Shown: positions 11,035 to 21,587 of the stretch, in pieces
Numbering within the stretch: the first letter of the stretch is position 1
Layout of the letters: the number at the start of each line of letters is the position of its first letter
NCBI GenBank assembly: GCA_965261595.1
Contig: CBDHDG010000005.1
Coordinates: 1,024,001-1,088,000 of the forward strand
DNA: 64,000 bases
Direction: 5' to 3'
DNA from: a bacterium
GTDB lineage: Bacteria > UBA8248 > JACPRG01 > G963555815
The notes under the pieces: model-generated
Seen by the model: only the letters and a program-made list of their open reading frames with translations
What the model was told of the DNA's origin: nothing
Databases searched by the model: none
Position numbers and translations under genes: made by a program

Positions 11035-11275
11035 CTGACCACCAAGGACAAGATAGCACGACGCAACTGAGCCTGCGTGACTTGGCCAACGAGATGAGCA
11101 ACGTCTCCAAAGGGTGTCGGATCATGGGCAATTCGCACCAGCAGTTCTACGAGATCCGGCGCAACTATCAGACCTACGGCGTCGAAGGCCTGATCGACCG
11201 GCTGCCGGGTACAAGGTTCCGTATCCCAACCAGATCTCCGAACAGGTCGAGGTCGTGATCCTGGCCCACGGCGCG
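11035..11275 (+). pseudogene. IS481-family transposase N-terminal remnant
   Basis: TTKDKIARR / LSLRDLANEMSNVSKGCRIMGNSHQQFYEIRRNYQTYGVEGLIDRLPG / YPNQI across frameshifts. Confidence 0.7.
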
Positions 11276-11304
11276 CTACGCGTCTTCACATCTTCAGAGA
11301 TGTT

Positions 11305-13699
11305 TCAAAATGGAATGTCTTCATCGAATTCCTCCCTGCGTTCTTCGTCCGGCATTGGAACGTTGTGGACGACGAACAAGTGAAGAATGTCAGCCCGGTC
11401 AGTGAACAGGATCTGGCTCCTCTAAGAGGCGTCCAGCCTTTCTCCGAGCCAATGCTTGGCCTGCTTGGTGATTTCACCACCGGCTACGATGAGTGCATGA
11501 TCTACAAGCCGTTTTTTGTTGATGTCTGGATCAAATATCTCATGTCCGAGCATCATGGTGAGCTGGCGGTGAATCGTTGCGACGTTCTCATTCTTGGTTT
11601 TCGCCGTCGCATCTATCTTTCCGCGCTTCACTTGCAGACCAAAGTAGAGCCAGTGCCCGGTGGGGAGACAATACTTCATCCATAGGTCCTTGCCGAACTC
11701 CATCGCCTTGCCCTTGTGGCTGGCGATTGTAATCCTCTGAAATCGGAGGGTTTGAAAAAGTGGAAAGACTACCTTTTCGGTGATGTCGTCCTCGCTCGCC
11801 GCATCAATATACGACTCGAGGCGTCGGCGGCGATCAATTTCGTCCTGGGAGAGAGCACGCGCTACGACCGGGCCGGGCCGCGCCTCCTCGCCGGTCTTGG
11901 TGTTGCGTATATAGCAGCAGTTGTCCTCGGCGTAGAATGCTTCTGGACCGCCCCTGGGTTATTGGACACTCGGGTGAGGGTATTCGACCTCATGCGGCCT
12001 CCGCAACTTGAGCGAGTTTTTCCTGCCTTGCCTGGGCCGGCGTTCGGTAGCCGTAGCCCTCGAGAATCCAATGATGGTTGTACAGGTTTTTGAACTCAAG
12101 CAGCGCCCACCGCAGTTCCTCTACGGTGGCGAAAGAGCGCACCCACAGGAGATTCTCCTTCAAGATGCGGATAAACCACTCACAGTAGCCATTTCCCTCG
12201 GGCGCCCGCACGAAGCTGGGCGAACTGGTCATGCCCAGGTAGGCGATCTCCCGCTGAAAGTCATCGGACAGATAGGCGGGGCCGTGGTCGTGACGAACTT
12301 TAAGCCCCTCGGCGACGTCCGCCTCCAAGCCGGCGAAGCGCTCGGCGACCCCCTGCCGGATCGGCTCCAGGGCCTCGAAGCGGTTGCCGCTCTTGGCCGC
12401 ATGGATCCCCACGCAGTCCACCGAGCAGTGATCCACCGCCACGAACACCGAGGCCACCCCCTCCTCGGTGGTCACCGTCGTCGTCATGTCCGTGCCCCAC
12501 ATTCGGTCGGGCCGCTCGGTGCGGATGGTCCCGTTGTGGGCCTTGGGACCTCGGGGTTTGCCCACCCGGTGGGGGGCCTGAAGCCCCGCCTCCCGCATCA
12601 GGCGACGCACCCGCTCCTTGCTGGTGCGGATGCCCGCGAAGCGCAGCCTCGCCCACACCTTGCGGTAGCCCTCGCCATGGAAGGGAGAGTCCTCCAGGAC
12701 CTGCCGGATGTGGCCGAGGAGTTCCGCATCGGTGCACGGGCCCACAGGGCCGCGCTTATTGGGCGTGGGGCGTTCATGAACGGGGACCGCCTCTCGCCGC
12801 CGTTGCGCGTAGACCGTGGAGCGCGCCAAGCCCCAAAGGGCGCACACCCGCTTCAGGCCGTAGGCTCTGCCCGTGGAGGTGAAGCGGGCCTGACTCATCG
12901 CCTCCACCTCCTGCCGGCTAAAGGGCGGCCGGCCTCCAGGCGGTCGATCTTCTCCCGCAGGACCTCGCCCTCCATCGTGAGTTCGCCCACCTTGGCCTTG
13001 AGCCGGGCGTTCTCCTCGGCCCGCTCATCCGCCGGGCGGGCTTTGAGCGCCGCCTCGCCCCCGCGAAGGAACGCCTCGCGCCAGGCGGAAAGTCGAGCCG
13101 CTGTCGTGCCCAACTCGCGGCAGAGCGTCTCCAGGCTCTCGCCCCGCAAAAGACGCAGGACCGCCTCCCGCTTGCGCTGGCAGGAGAACCGACCCCGCTC
13201 ACTGCGATGCCCTGGGGCCTTGGCTCCGTTCGCCCTGCGGGCGCCCTCCGCCAAAGCCCCCTCTTGCTTTTGTTCGTTCATCGCGACACCCCTTTCTCCA
13301 TGAATCATGGATCAATCGAGTGTCCAACAAAACCCTAGAGCGGGGGACTTCCAGCCCCTCGCGTGCGAGCGTCACGTTGAGTTCCGCCAGCGCAGCCTCA
13401 CGTTCAGGATCGTCCTGAGTGTGGTCCGCGCGATCCATCAGGACTTGAATTACGGTCTGAAAACCCGCCCCAGGTAGAGCAGGATTGTCAGACGGTTCTT
13501 TCAGGATCTTGTCGAGGACGCCTGCGACCCACCATTTCCGGGTCGAGCCGTCGTGAACATACTGCTCCATGTCACAGTCTTCGAAAAACTCCGACAAATA
13601 AGTGCTGCTTCTATACACGAAGTAATCGCTTTCATTGCCGCAGATCATGTCTGCAACTTTATTGACGGTTCTTTTTCTAATTCCTTTCATGCCAACCAA
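11305..13699 (-). pseudogene. Mrr-like / PD-(D/E)xK restriction-endonuclease-domain protein, split by IS3 copy 3, with an internal stop
   Basis: Removing the IS joins ...LAREGLE to AFYAEDN... in frame; C-terminal EFGKD...YFGLQVK motif; TAG at 11422-11424 then continues in frame to EEFDEDIPF*. Confidence 0.7.
11944..13347 (-). mobile_element. IS3-family insertion sequence, copy 3 (intact DDE)
   Basis: TSD CTTC (11940-11943, 13348-13351); orfB 11990..12907 has WGTDMT; orfA 12895..13308. Confidence 0.92.
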
Positions 13700-13824
13700 T
13701 ATATGTGCATTGTTGATGGCAGACCACCGTGCATTCTAGGCTCAGCGCTCCTGACCGATTGACCTTCTCACATGATGAGGGTCAATGCGAATGTGAGTTT
13801 TCTTGGAGAGACTGAAGACAAGAG

Positions 13825-14110
13825 AACTTGAGAAGAACCGGAAACGGTTTACAGAAGAGAAGATTGCAGTCTACTACACGAGCATGAAGCTAGCGGCACG
13901 GCAAAGGAGATCTGCCGTCGCCATGGCTTATTGGACCGGACCTTCTACCGCTGGAAGTCAAAGGAAGGCGGCATGGAGGTGTCGGGACCCGTCGTCTGCG
14001 CGAGTTGAGGGCTGAAAACGGGTAGCTGACATGTCTTCTGCCGAGGTGCATGTGGACAACACCGTTCTCTAGGACTTGCTAAAAATGTGAGGCCAGTGGT
14101 GCGCTCACCC
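13825..14110 (+). pseudogene. Degenerate IS3-family OrfA remnant
   Basis: Fragments RKRFTEEKIA / AKEICRRHG / TFYRWKSK-GGMEVS in shifting frames. Confidence 0.65.
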
Positions 14111-14592
14111 GCCCTACTCCACCGGGAACGGCTCACGGAAGGCAAAAAAAGCGGTCAAGATATTCCTTTCGTCAAAGGACTGTACAATCGGCGGGCACGG
14201 TTACGTCGGTATCGGCAAAACGACGACGCTCAACCGTCCCCATTCCCTTGCGGAAAGCCGGGGCTACAAAGCAATGCCTCGCACCTTCAGTCTCGGCAGC
14301 GCAGACGCTCTGCAGGGAATCCGGAGTAAAGTGTCAAACCCTGCAACGTTTTCTGTCCCGCCATGCCAGGATCGCCGAAGGCCGAGGTGCGGCGAATGGC
14401 ATTCAAAACTTTCGTGCCTCGTTCGCGAAGACGATTCTTGTCTAAGCTTGAAAATCTTACCTACCGTAACGGCTACAATGAGAGCCATCATCAGCCGCAC
14501 GCCGGAACCCGCCAGGACACATCGCGAGGAGCTGAGTTCTTGTCCGTGTCACCGCTCGGGACAATTGACCGGAGCCCGGAGGGCCAAAAGGC

Positions 14593-15261
14593 ATGATACA
14601 TCTCGCCGTAGCCTGCATCATCGGACTCCTGGCCGCTGCCTTCTGCCCCGCAGCCTATGCCCAGCTCTCGGGCACGGCCTCGGTGACGGATGGGGACAGC
14701 CTCAAGGTCTCCGGTCACCGGGTCCGGCTCCACGGCATCGACGCGCCGGAGAGCGCTCAGACCTGCCGGTCTGACGGCAAGCCCTGGAGTTGCGGAAGGG
14801 CCGCCGCGATCGCGCTCCGTAAGCGCCTCGCCGGACGGCCGGTCGTATGCGAGGAACGTGACCGCGACCGCTACGGGCACATCGTGGCGGTGTGTCGAGT
14901 GGCCGGCGAGGATGTCAATGCGTGGATGGTCTCCCAGGGCTGGGCGCTCGCGTACCGTAAATACTCGACCGACTACGTTCCTCAGGAGAGGGCCGCGAAG
15001 GCCGATCGTCGCGGGCTCTGGCGAGGGACGTTCGTGCCCCCGTGGGATTGGCGGCGGGGGAAGCGTCTTCAGGGGGCGGTTCGCACCGGCGCCGGCGAGT
15101 GTCGCATCAAAGGGAACATCAGCCGCACGGGCTCGCGCATCTATCATGTGCCGGGAGGCCGGTCCTATGACCGGACCCGCATCGACACGTCAAAGGGCGA
15201 GCGGTGGTTCTGCACCGAGGCGCAGGCCGAGGCCGCGGGGTGGCGGCGGTCACGAAGGTAA
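14593..15261 (+). CDS. Thermonuclease (SNase) family protein with signal peptide and ExoI-like C-terminal domain
   Basis: VTDGDSL, VRLHGIDAPE, DRDRYGHIVA, MVSQGWA, RGLW, CRIKGNIS...IYHVPG...GERWFCTE. Confidence 0.9.
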   Translation: MIHLAVACIIGLLAAAFCPAAYAQLSGTASVTDGDSLKVSGHRVRLHGIDAPESAQTCRSDGKPWSCGRAAAIALRKRLAGRPVVCEERDRDRYGHIVAVCRVAGEDVNAWMVSQGWALAYRKYSTDYVPQERAAKADRRGLWRGTFVPPWDWRRGKRLQGAVRTGAGECRIKGNISRTGSRIYHVPGGRSYDRTRIDTSKGERWFCTEAQAEAAGWRRSRR

Positions 15262-15520
15262 GCGTGCCCGTCCATGGCTGACCGCCCATACGCCAAATAC
15301 CTTGCCGCCTTCGCACCGTCCGTGGCGTCCGTCACGCCGTCACCGTCGGTCTTGGCACTTCCCTGGCTAGACTCTCTGTCCGCGCGGGTTCGACCCGCTT
15401 TCACCACGAGCCTGCGCCTCGGAACCGGCCGGTGTTCCTCCTTACATGATCCCCATATCGTGTTCGAACCGAATATGGAGCCATCTGGCCGGGCCCCGCA
15501 AAGACTGATAGGCTCGCCCC

Positions 15521-16195
15521 ATGTGCGGACGCTTCACCCAACGTTGTACATGGCCGGAAGTTCAGGCCTTTCTGGACCTGAGCGGCCCGCCTGTGAACCT
15601 CAAGCCCCGCTACAACGTCGCGCCGGGTCAGGACGTCGCGGTCGTCCGTTCGGGCAAGGACGGTCGCCGGCTCTCGATGCTCCGCTGGGGTCTGATCCCC
15701 GGCTGGGCCAGGGACGCCAACATCGGCTACAAGCTGATCAACGCCCGCGCCGAGACGGTCGGCACGAAGCCGGCGTTCCGCGACGCGTACCGGAACCGTC
15801 GCTGCCTCATTCCGGCCGACGGGTTCTATGAATGGACGCGGCAGGGGGCGGTCAGGCAACCGTGGCTGATCGGACTGAAGGGGCGCGCGCTGTTCGCCTT
15901 GGCCGGGCTGTGGGAGCGCTGGTCCGTCCCGGAGGAGAGCGCGCTCAAGGGACCGGGCGAGGCCATCGAGACCTGCGCCATTCTGACGACCGCGACCAAC
16001 GAGGCGGTGGCCTGGGTCCACGACCGGATGCCGGTGATCCTGCCCCCGGAGGCGTTCGAACCGTGGCTGGCGGGCGAGACCGTCGCGCTCGGCCCCTGTC
16101 CTCCGGAGGGGATGACGGTCCACCCCGTGAGCACCCTGGTCAACAAGCCCTCGAACGACGACCCCCGCTGCGTCGAGCCCGTGACCGTCCCGTAG
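15521..16195 (+). CDS. SOS response-associated peptidase (SRAP/HMCES-like)
   Basis: N-terminal MCGRF, RYNVAP, RWGLIP, INARAET, RCLIPADGFYEW, HDRMPVIL. Confidence 0.93.
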   Translation: MCGRFTQRCTWPEVQAFLDLSGPPVNLKPRYNVAPGQDVAVVRSGKDGRRLSMLRWGLIPGWARDANIGYKLINARAETVGTKPAFRDAYRNRRCLIPADGFYEWTRQGAVRQPWLIGLKGRALFALAGLWERWSVPEESALKGPGEAIETCAILTTATNEAVAWVHDRMPVILPPEAFEPWLAGETVALGPCPPEGMTVHPVSTLVNKPSNDDPRCVEPVTVP

Positions 16196-16345
16196 GTCCG
16201 GGAGCCCTCACGATTTCCCCCTCGACCGGACACCCGTTCGGTCCCCATTGGTTCTTTCCTCTCCCCGTAAGCGATCCTCGCCGCCGAGAGCCGGAGTCGG
16301 GCCGGGTATCGGGCGAAGGCCGGACGCCCGAGGGGGTGTCCTCCC

Positions 16346-17749
16346 TGGACCGCCCCTGGGTTATTGGACACTCGGGTGAGGGTATTCGACCTCATGCGGC
16401 CTCCGCAACTTGAGCGAGTTTTTCCTGCCTTGCCTGGGCCGGCGTTCGGTAGCCGTAGCCCTCGAGAATCCAATGATGGTTGTACAGGTTCTTGAACTCA
16501 AGCAGCGCCCACCGCAGTTCCTCTACGGTGGCGAAAGAGCGCACCCACAGGAGATTCTCCTTCAAGATGCGGATAAACCACTCACAGTAGCCATTTCCCT
16601 CGGGCGCCCGCACGAAGCTGGGCGAACTGGTCATGCCCAGGTAGGCGATCTCCCGCTGAAAGTCATCGGACAGATAGGCGGGGCCGTGGTCGTGACGAAC
16701 TTTAAGCCCCTCGGCGACGTCCGCCTCCAAGCCGGCGAAGCGCTCGGCGACCCCCTGCCGGATCGGCTCCAGGGCCTCGAAGCGGTTGCCGCTCTTGGCC
16801 GCATGGATCCCCACGCAGTCCACCGAGCAGTGATCCACCGCCACGAACACCGAGGCCATCCCCTCCTCGGTGGTCACCGTCGTCGTCATGTCCGTGCCCC
16901 ACATTCGGTCGGGCCGCTCGGTGCGGATGGTCCCGTTGTGGGCCTTGGGACCTCGGGGTTTGCCCACCCGGTGGGGGGCCTGAAGCCCCGCCTCCCGCAT
17001 CAGGCGACGCACCCGCTCCTTGCTGGTGCGGATGCCCGCGAAGCGCAGCCTCGCCCACACCTTGCGGTAGCCCTCGCCATGGAAGGGAGAGTCCTCCAGG
17101 ACCTGCCGGATGTGGCCGAGGAGTTCCGCATCGGTGCACGGGCCCACAGGGCCGCGCTTATTGGGCGTGGGGCGTTCATGAACGGGGACCGCCTCTCGCC
17201 GCCGTTGCGCGTAGACCGTGGAGCGCGCCAAGCCCCAAAGGGCGCACACCCGCTTCAGGCCGTAGGCTCTGCCCGTGGAGGTGAAGCGGGCCTGACTCAT
17301 CGCCTCCACCTCCTGCCGGCTAAAGGGCGGCCGGCCTCCAGGCGGTCGATCTTCTCCCGCAGGACCTCGCCCTCCATCGTGAGTTCGCCCACCTTGGCCT
17401 TGAGCCGGGCGTTCTCCTCGTCCCGCTCATCCGCCGGGCGGGCTTTGAGCGCCGCCTCGCCCCCGCGAAGGAACGCCTCGCGCCAGGCGGAAAGCCGAGC
17501 CGCTGTCGTGCCCAACTCGCGGCAGAGCGTCTCCAGGCTCTCGCCCCGCAAAAGACGCAGGACCGCCTCCCGCTTGCGCTGGCAGGAGAACCGACCCCGC
17601 TCACTGCGATGCCCTGGGGCCTTGGCTCCGTTCGCCCTGCGGGCGCCCTCCGCCAAAGCCCCCTCTTGCTTTTGTTCGTTCATCGCGACACCCCTTTCTC
17701 CATGAATCATGGATCAATCGAGTGTCCAACAAAACCCTAGAGCGGGGGA
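16346..17749 (-). mobile_element. IS3-family insertion sequence, copy 4 (intact DDE)
   Basis: TSD TCCC (16342-16345, 17750-17753); orfB 16392..17309 has WGTDMT; orfA 17297..17710. Confidence 0.92.
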
Positions 17750-17963
17750 TCCCCTCGATCTCCCTTCTCTCCGGAGTTGCCCATGACCGACACCATCTCC
17801 GCCGACTACACGCTTCGTCCGAGCGAGCTCGCCAAGACCCTCACCCTGCTGGTCGAGTCCCGCCAGCCGGCCATCGTCTGTAATGGCGATTCCCGCGTAA
17901 TGGAGAGTGGGTGTGCTCCGGCCCCGTGGACTGCGGATTAGGGACCGAAGCAACTTCCCATTT

Positions 17964-18965
17964 CTATTTCAGCTTGTCTTCGTTCAGTATCCTCATCAAC
18001 CGGTCCCTCGCATCGATGAAGACCCCCTTGCGGATCGACGGAGGCCGTCGTGCAGCAAGTATGTCGAGCTTTTCCAATGGATCTGCCCGGACATAGATCT
18101 CCGTACTTTGGACGCTTGCATGACCCAACCAGGTCGAGACTTTGCGGATGTCGCCGACGCCTTCGTAGGTATTCATGGCGCAGCTGTGCCGAAGCACGTG
18201 GGGGGTGATGCGCTTGGTAGCGATCGACGGTACTGATCGCCGAGCAGTGTCCGCATGCCGCTTCAGACGGTGAGCGAAGCCGTGGCGGGTCATGACCACC
18301 CCGCGGGCGTTGAGGAACAGGTAGGGGCTGGTCGCCTCAGGACGTATCGCGAGCCAGTCCCGGAGCACCGATCGTGTCTGCGCCCACAGTGGGAGTACGC
18401 GTTCGCGGCGCCCCTTTCCGCGGATGCGGACGAGGTTGAGACCGGGTTGCTCGAGATCGTGGCATGTAACGCCCACCAACTCCGACACTCGCAGTCCAGC
18501 CGCATAGGCAAGGTGGAGCATCGCGCGGTCGCGTATTCCCGCACGCGTCGACGGATCCGGTGCGTCAAGCACGGCCTGTACTTCATTGTGGTCGAGGTAG
18601 TCGACCAATGGTTGGTTGCGGCGCTTAAGCGGAATCGCGTGGACTTGGGCTGCCAAGTGAAGACATGCCGGCGCCCGATGCTCGAGAAATCGGAAGAAGG
18701 ATTTAATCGCGGCCAGCCGTACATTGCGTGTTCCAATCGTGTTTCCTCGGTCCCGCTCCAGGTGTTCGAGGAAGTCGAGGATGACTTCGGCCGTCAACTG
18801 CTCGATCGTGAGCGTACAAGCCCGAACGCGAAGCCTGTTTTCGGCGAAGTCAATGAACTGTAGGAAGCTCACCGAGTAACTATCGATAGTATGCTGACTC
18901 GCGCCACGATCGCGCGGCAGATATTCGTACAGGAACTTGCTGATATGGGGGGAAAGCGCGGTCAT
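17964..18965 (-). CDS. Tyrosine recombinase (RitC-like)
   Basis: RDRAML...GLRVSEL, GKGRRER, TPHVLRHS, WLGHAS..STEIY. Confidence 0.92.
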   Translation of the reverse strand: MTALSPHISKFLYEYLPRDRGASQHTIDSYSVSFLQFIDFAENRLRVRACTLTIEQLTAEVILDFLEHLERDRGNTIGTRNVRLAAIKSFFRFLEHRAPACLHLAAQVHAIPLKRRNQPLVDYLDHNEVQAVLDAPDPSTRAGIRDRAMLHLAYAAGLRVSELVGVTCHDLEQPGLNLVRIRGKGRRERVLPLWAQTRSVLRDWLAIRPEATSPYLFLNARGVVMTRHGFAHRLKRHADTARRSVPSIATKRITPHVLRHSCAMNTYEGVGDIRKVSTWLGHASVQSTEIYVRADPLEKLDILAARRPPSIRKGVFIDARDRLMRILNEDKLK

Positions 18966-19885
18966 CTCAAGATCCTCCCCACATGTGTGTTTTCAGCAGC
19001 GCGGGCGATCTCCCGGAGCAGGACGGGCGTGGCTTCCAGATACCAGTAGGTCGAGGCCATGCTGACGTGACCGAGATAGGTGGATAACGCCAGGACGTGT
19101 CGGCTGACGCTGTCGCGATCGACCGCGACTGCGTTCTCAAGCGAACGCGTGGCGAATCCATGTCGCAAATCGTGCAGTCGCGTACCCGGCTCCCCTGGAC
19201 TACCGCGGTAGCCGAGTTGCCTGGCGAGTCTGAGGAGGATCTTCGAGAGAGTGCTGTGATGAGGGGGTTTGCCGTTGGAGAGAACGAACAGGTGTTCGTC
19301 GCATCCGCCCTTGCGCATCCTGATCTCAAGATACTCGCTCAGCGCGTTGCTCGTACTCTCGTGAAGGGGAACCAACCGCGATTTTCCGAGCTTGGATTGT
19401 CTGACCACCAGCCCATCGGGGGTGATGTCGGTCAGCTTCAAGGCGAGCCCTTCCGAGAGACGCAATCCCGTCGAGGCAAGCAGCCCGATCATGTAGTGGT
19501 ACGTGTAACCGTTGAGCGGACCTGTGCTTCTCATTAACAACGCCGCGTCCATGATCTCCTTGACCTGGACCGCGCTCAGGAGATGAGGGGAGGATCTCCT
19601 CACCGGCACTCGGCCGAGGGCAACCGGCGAGGGAACCTCGTGGCGTTGGTCCTCAGCGTGAAGCCACACGGCCAAGCCACGAACCATTCGCAGGCGGATG
19701 CGTGCTTGGCCAGCTGTCGATGTCTTGCGGACCCAAGCGATCACCGAGGCGGCTCGGATGAAGCCATCGCTGCAGGCGACGGCCTCATGCGCAAAAGCTC
19801 GCAGTGTCCGAGCGTCCTCGACGAACTTGAACCCCAGATGGCGCTTGAAGGTGATGTACCGCTCCACGTTGTCGATCATGTTCAT
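18962..19885 (-). CDS. Tyrosine recombinase (RitB-like)
   Basis: Start MNMIDNVERY overlaps the upstream stop; TGLRLSE, SKLGKSRLVPLH, LHDLRHGFA, LSTYLGH, TYWYL. Confidence 0.92.
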   Translation of the reverse strand: MNMIDNVERYITFKRHLGFKFVEDARTLRAFAHEAVACSDGFIRAASVIAWVRKTSTAGQARIRLRMVRGLAVWLHAEDQRHEVPSPVALGRVPVRRSSPHLLSAVQVKEIMDAALLMRSTGPLNGYTYHYMIGLLASTGLRLSEGLALKLTDITPDGLVVRQSKLGKSRLVPLHESTSNALSEYLEIRMRKGGCDEHLFVLSNGKPPHHSTLSKILLRLARQLGYRGSPGEPGTRLHDLRHGFATRSLENAVAVDRDSVSRHVLALSTYLGHVSMASTYWYLEATPVLLREIARAAENTHVGRILR

Positions 19886-21426
19886 TGGACGTCTCCTATC
19901 CAGGGCTGCGCCACTTCCTGGAGCATGGGGACATTGACCTTGGCGTAGATCGCGGTGGTGTTCGGCAAGCGGTGCCTCAGCAACGTGCCGACAGTCTCCA
20001 GCGAGGCTCCGGACCGCAGCAGACCGGTCGCCGTGGAGTGCCGGAACAGTTGGGCGCCCCTCGGACTCGCCTCGTGCATTCCTGCTCGATCCAGAGCTCG
20101 ACACACGATGTGGGTAACAACTCTGGAAGAACGGAATGGCACATGCGGCGCCAGCACCCGCAGGAACAACTTGCTCTCATCGATTCGAGGCCGTGCCTTC
20201 TCGATGTAGTCGAGGATCGCGTCTCCGGCATCCTGGGGAAGCGGCAACTGAACCGATCTCTTGGACTTCCCGCTGACCTTGACGAGGGCCTTTGTCCAAT
20301 CGATGTCGTCCAACCGCAGCTCGCAGATGTCGCCTCCGCGAAGCGCCAGCCTGGCCAGAAGCAGCAAGACCGCCCGGTCGCGAACTCCCGCCGCTGTCCT
20401 GGCGTTGCACGACGCGATCACCCGTTCGATATCATCGGTTGGGATGTAGCGGGGGAGGGTCGCAAGTCTCCATTGCGGCACCGATGGCACGGCGTTGACG
20501 AGTTCCGGTCGACACGCTCCATTCGAGGCGAGGAATCGCAGATACATGCGCAGGGCTTTCGTCATCTCCCGCGCGTATTCCGGCGCGATCTTCGTGAAAC
20601 GGCTCAACATGACATCCATGATGAGAGCCGCGTCGTAGTGCCGAGAATCATCTCCCAGCTCGGGCAAGAACAAAGAGAGGGTCTTCACATACTTGCGAAT
20701 GGTGACGTCCCCGATGCCGCGATGCCGGCGGAGCCATGAACGGAACCCCGACATTGCGGCGCCGGAATCTTCGACAGGGAAAGCGTCCGGCATCACCCCG
20801 CTGGTGAAGAGGAACCGTAGAAACGCCTTGATGGAGCCGATATGCCGAGACTTCCGTTTTTCTATGTTGCGCATCCTCCACGGGCAGACACAGTCATGGT
20901 CGACAAACCGTTCCAGGGTGCTGGCGTTCACCTCCGCCAAAGGAATACGGCACTGGTGGAGCCAGGTCAGAAAGTGGTGGCATCTGTAGTGATAGGACTT
21001 GAGCGCCCGGGGCCTATAGCCTTCGCCGCCCAACTGGACGAGATACTCATCGAGGAGGCATAAACCGTCGGCGAGCTCGCCAGGATGCCGGACACGACCG
21101 GTGTGCTCGGCGAACCGGACGAGCCAGCGAGTGCAATTCATTAGCAGCGTTACACGTATCTGAGCCGGCCTCGAATGTTCGCGTCGCTTCAGAATCTCCT
21201 GGCAGTACTCATCCCGAAATCGGCGTAGTACGGCGTCATCGACTGATTCGATCGCCGTACCGTCAGCCTGCAGCCAAATCAGCACCTCCTTGGCAACACG
21301 GCCAAGCTTCCAAATTTGACTCTGACCAAGCCCCGCCTCCTTGAGGTAGGTCACGAACTCCTGAATGAACGGTCCGAACGGTCCCCCGACATATCCAGCC
21401 TTCCTTCCTGTCTTGCGTGACGGCAT
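19882..21426 (-). CDS. Tyrosine recombinase (RitA-like)
   Basis: RDRAVLLLLARLALRGGD, SGKS, FRHSTAT, LLRHR..TTAIYAKV. Confidence 0.9.
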   Translation of the reverse strand: MPSRKTGRKAGYVGGPFGPFIQEFVTYLKEAGLGQSQIWKLGRVAKEVLIWLQADGTAIESVDDAVLRRFRDEYCQEILKRREHSRPAQIRVTLLMNCTRWLVRFAEHTGRVRHPGELADGLCLLDEYLVQLGGEGYRPRALKSYHYRCHHFLTWLHQCRIPLAEVNASTLERFVDHDCVCPWRMRNIEKRKSRHIGSIKAFLRFLFTSGVMPDAFPVEDSGAAMSGFRSWLRRHRGIGDVTIRKYVKTLSLFLPELGDDSRHYDAALIMDVMLSRFTKIAPEYAREMTKALRMYLRFLASNGACRPELVNAVPSVPQWRLATLPRYIPTDDIERVIASCNARTAAGVRDRAVLLLLARLALRGGDICELRLDDIDWTKALVKVSGKSKRSVQLPLPQDAGDAILDYIEKARPRIDESKLFLRVLAPHVPFRSSRVVTHIVCRALDRAGMHEASPRGAQLFRHSTATGLLRSGASLETVGTLLRHRLPNTTAIYAKVNVPMLQEVAQPWIGDVQ

Positions 21427-21555
21427 CGCCTTGCTCCTCTCGTTGATGAAACAGCGGAGGAGCACCGTACAGAAATGGGAAGTTGCTTCGGCCCCTAATC
21501 CGCGGTCCACGGGGCCGGAGCACACCCACTCTCCATTACGCGGGAATCGCCATTA

Positions 21556-21587
21556 CAGACGTAATGTTGAGCTCAACATTACGTCTG
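21556..21587. repeat. Perfect 32-bp palindrome at the RIT junction
   Basis: CAGACG-TAATGTTGAGCTCAACATTA-CGTCTG. Confidence 0.95.

Larger units (their letters stand above)
17881..21581 (-). mobile_element. RIT element (three tandem tyrosine recombinases) with 85-bp terminal inverted repeats
   Basis: IRs 17881-17965 and 21471-21555 (2 mismatches); three ATGA-overlapping recombinase genes; flanked by direct CGTCTG hexamers (17875-17880, 21582-21587). Confidence 0.9.

Noticed and set aside
15420..15480. LexA box upstream of the SRAP gene
   Set aside because: GAAC/GTTC half-sites are present, but the spacing fits no LexA consensus I can name.
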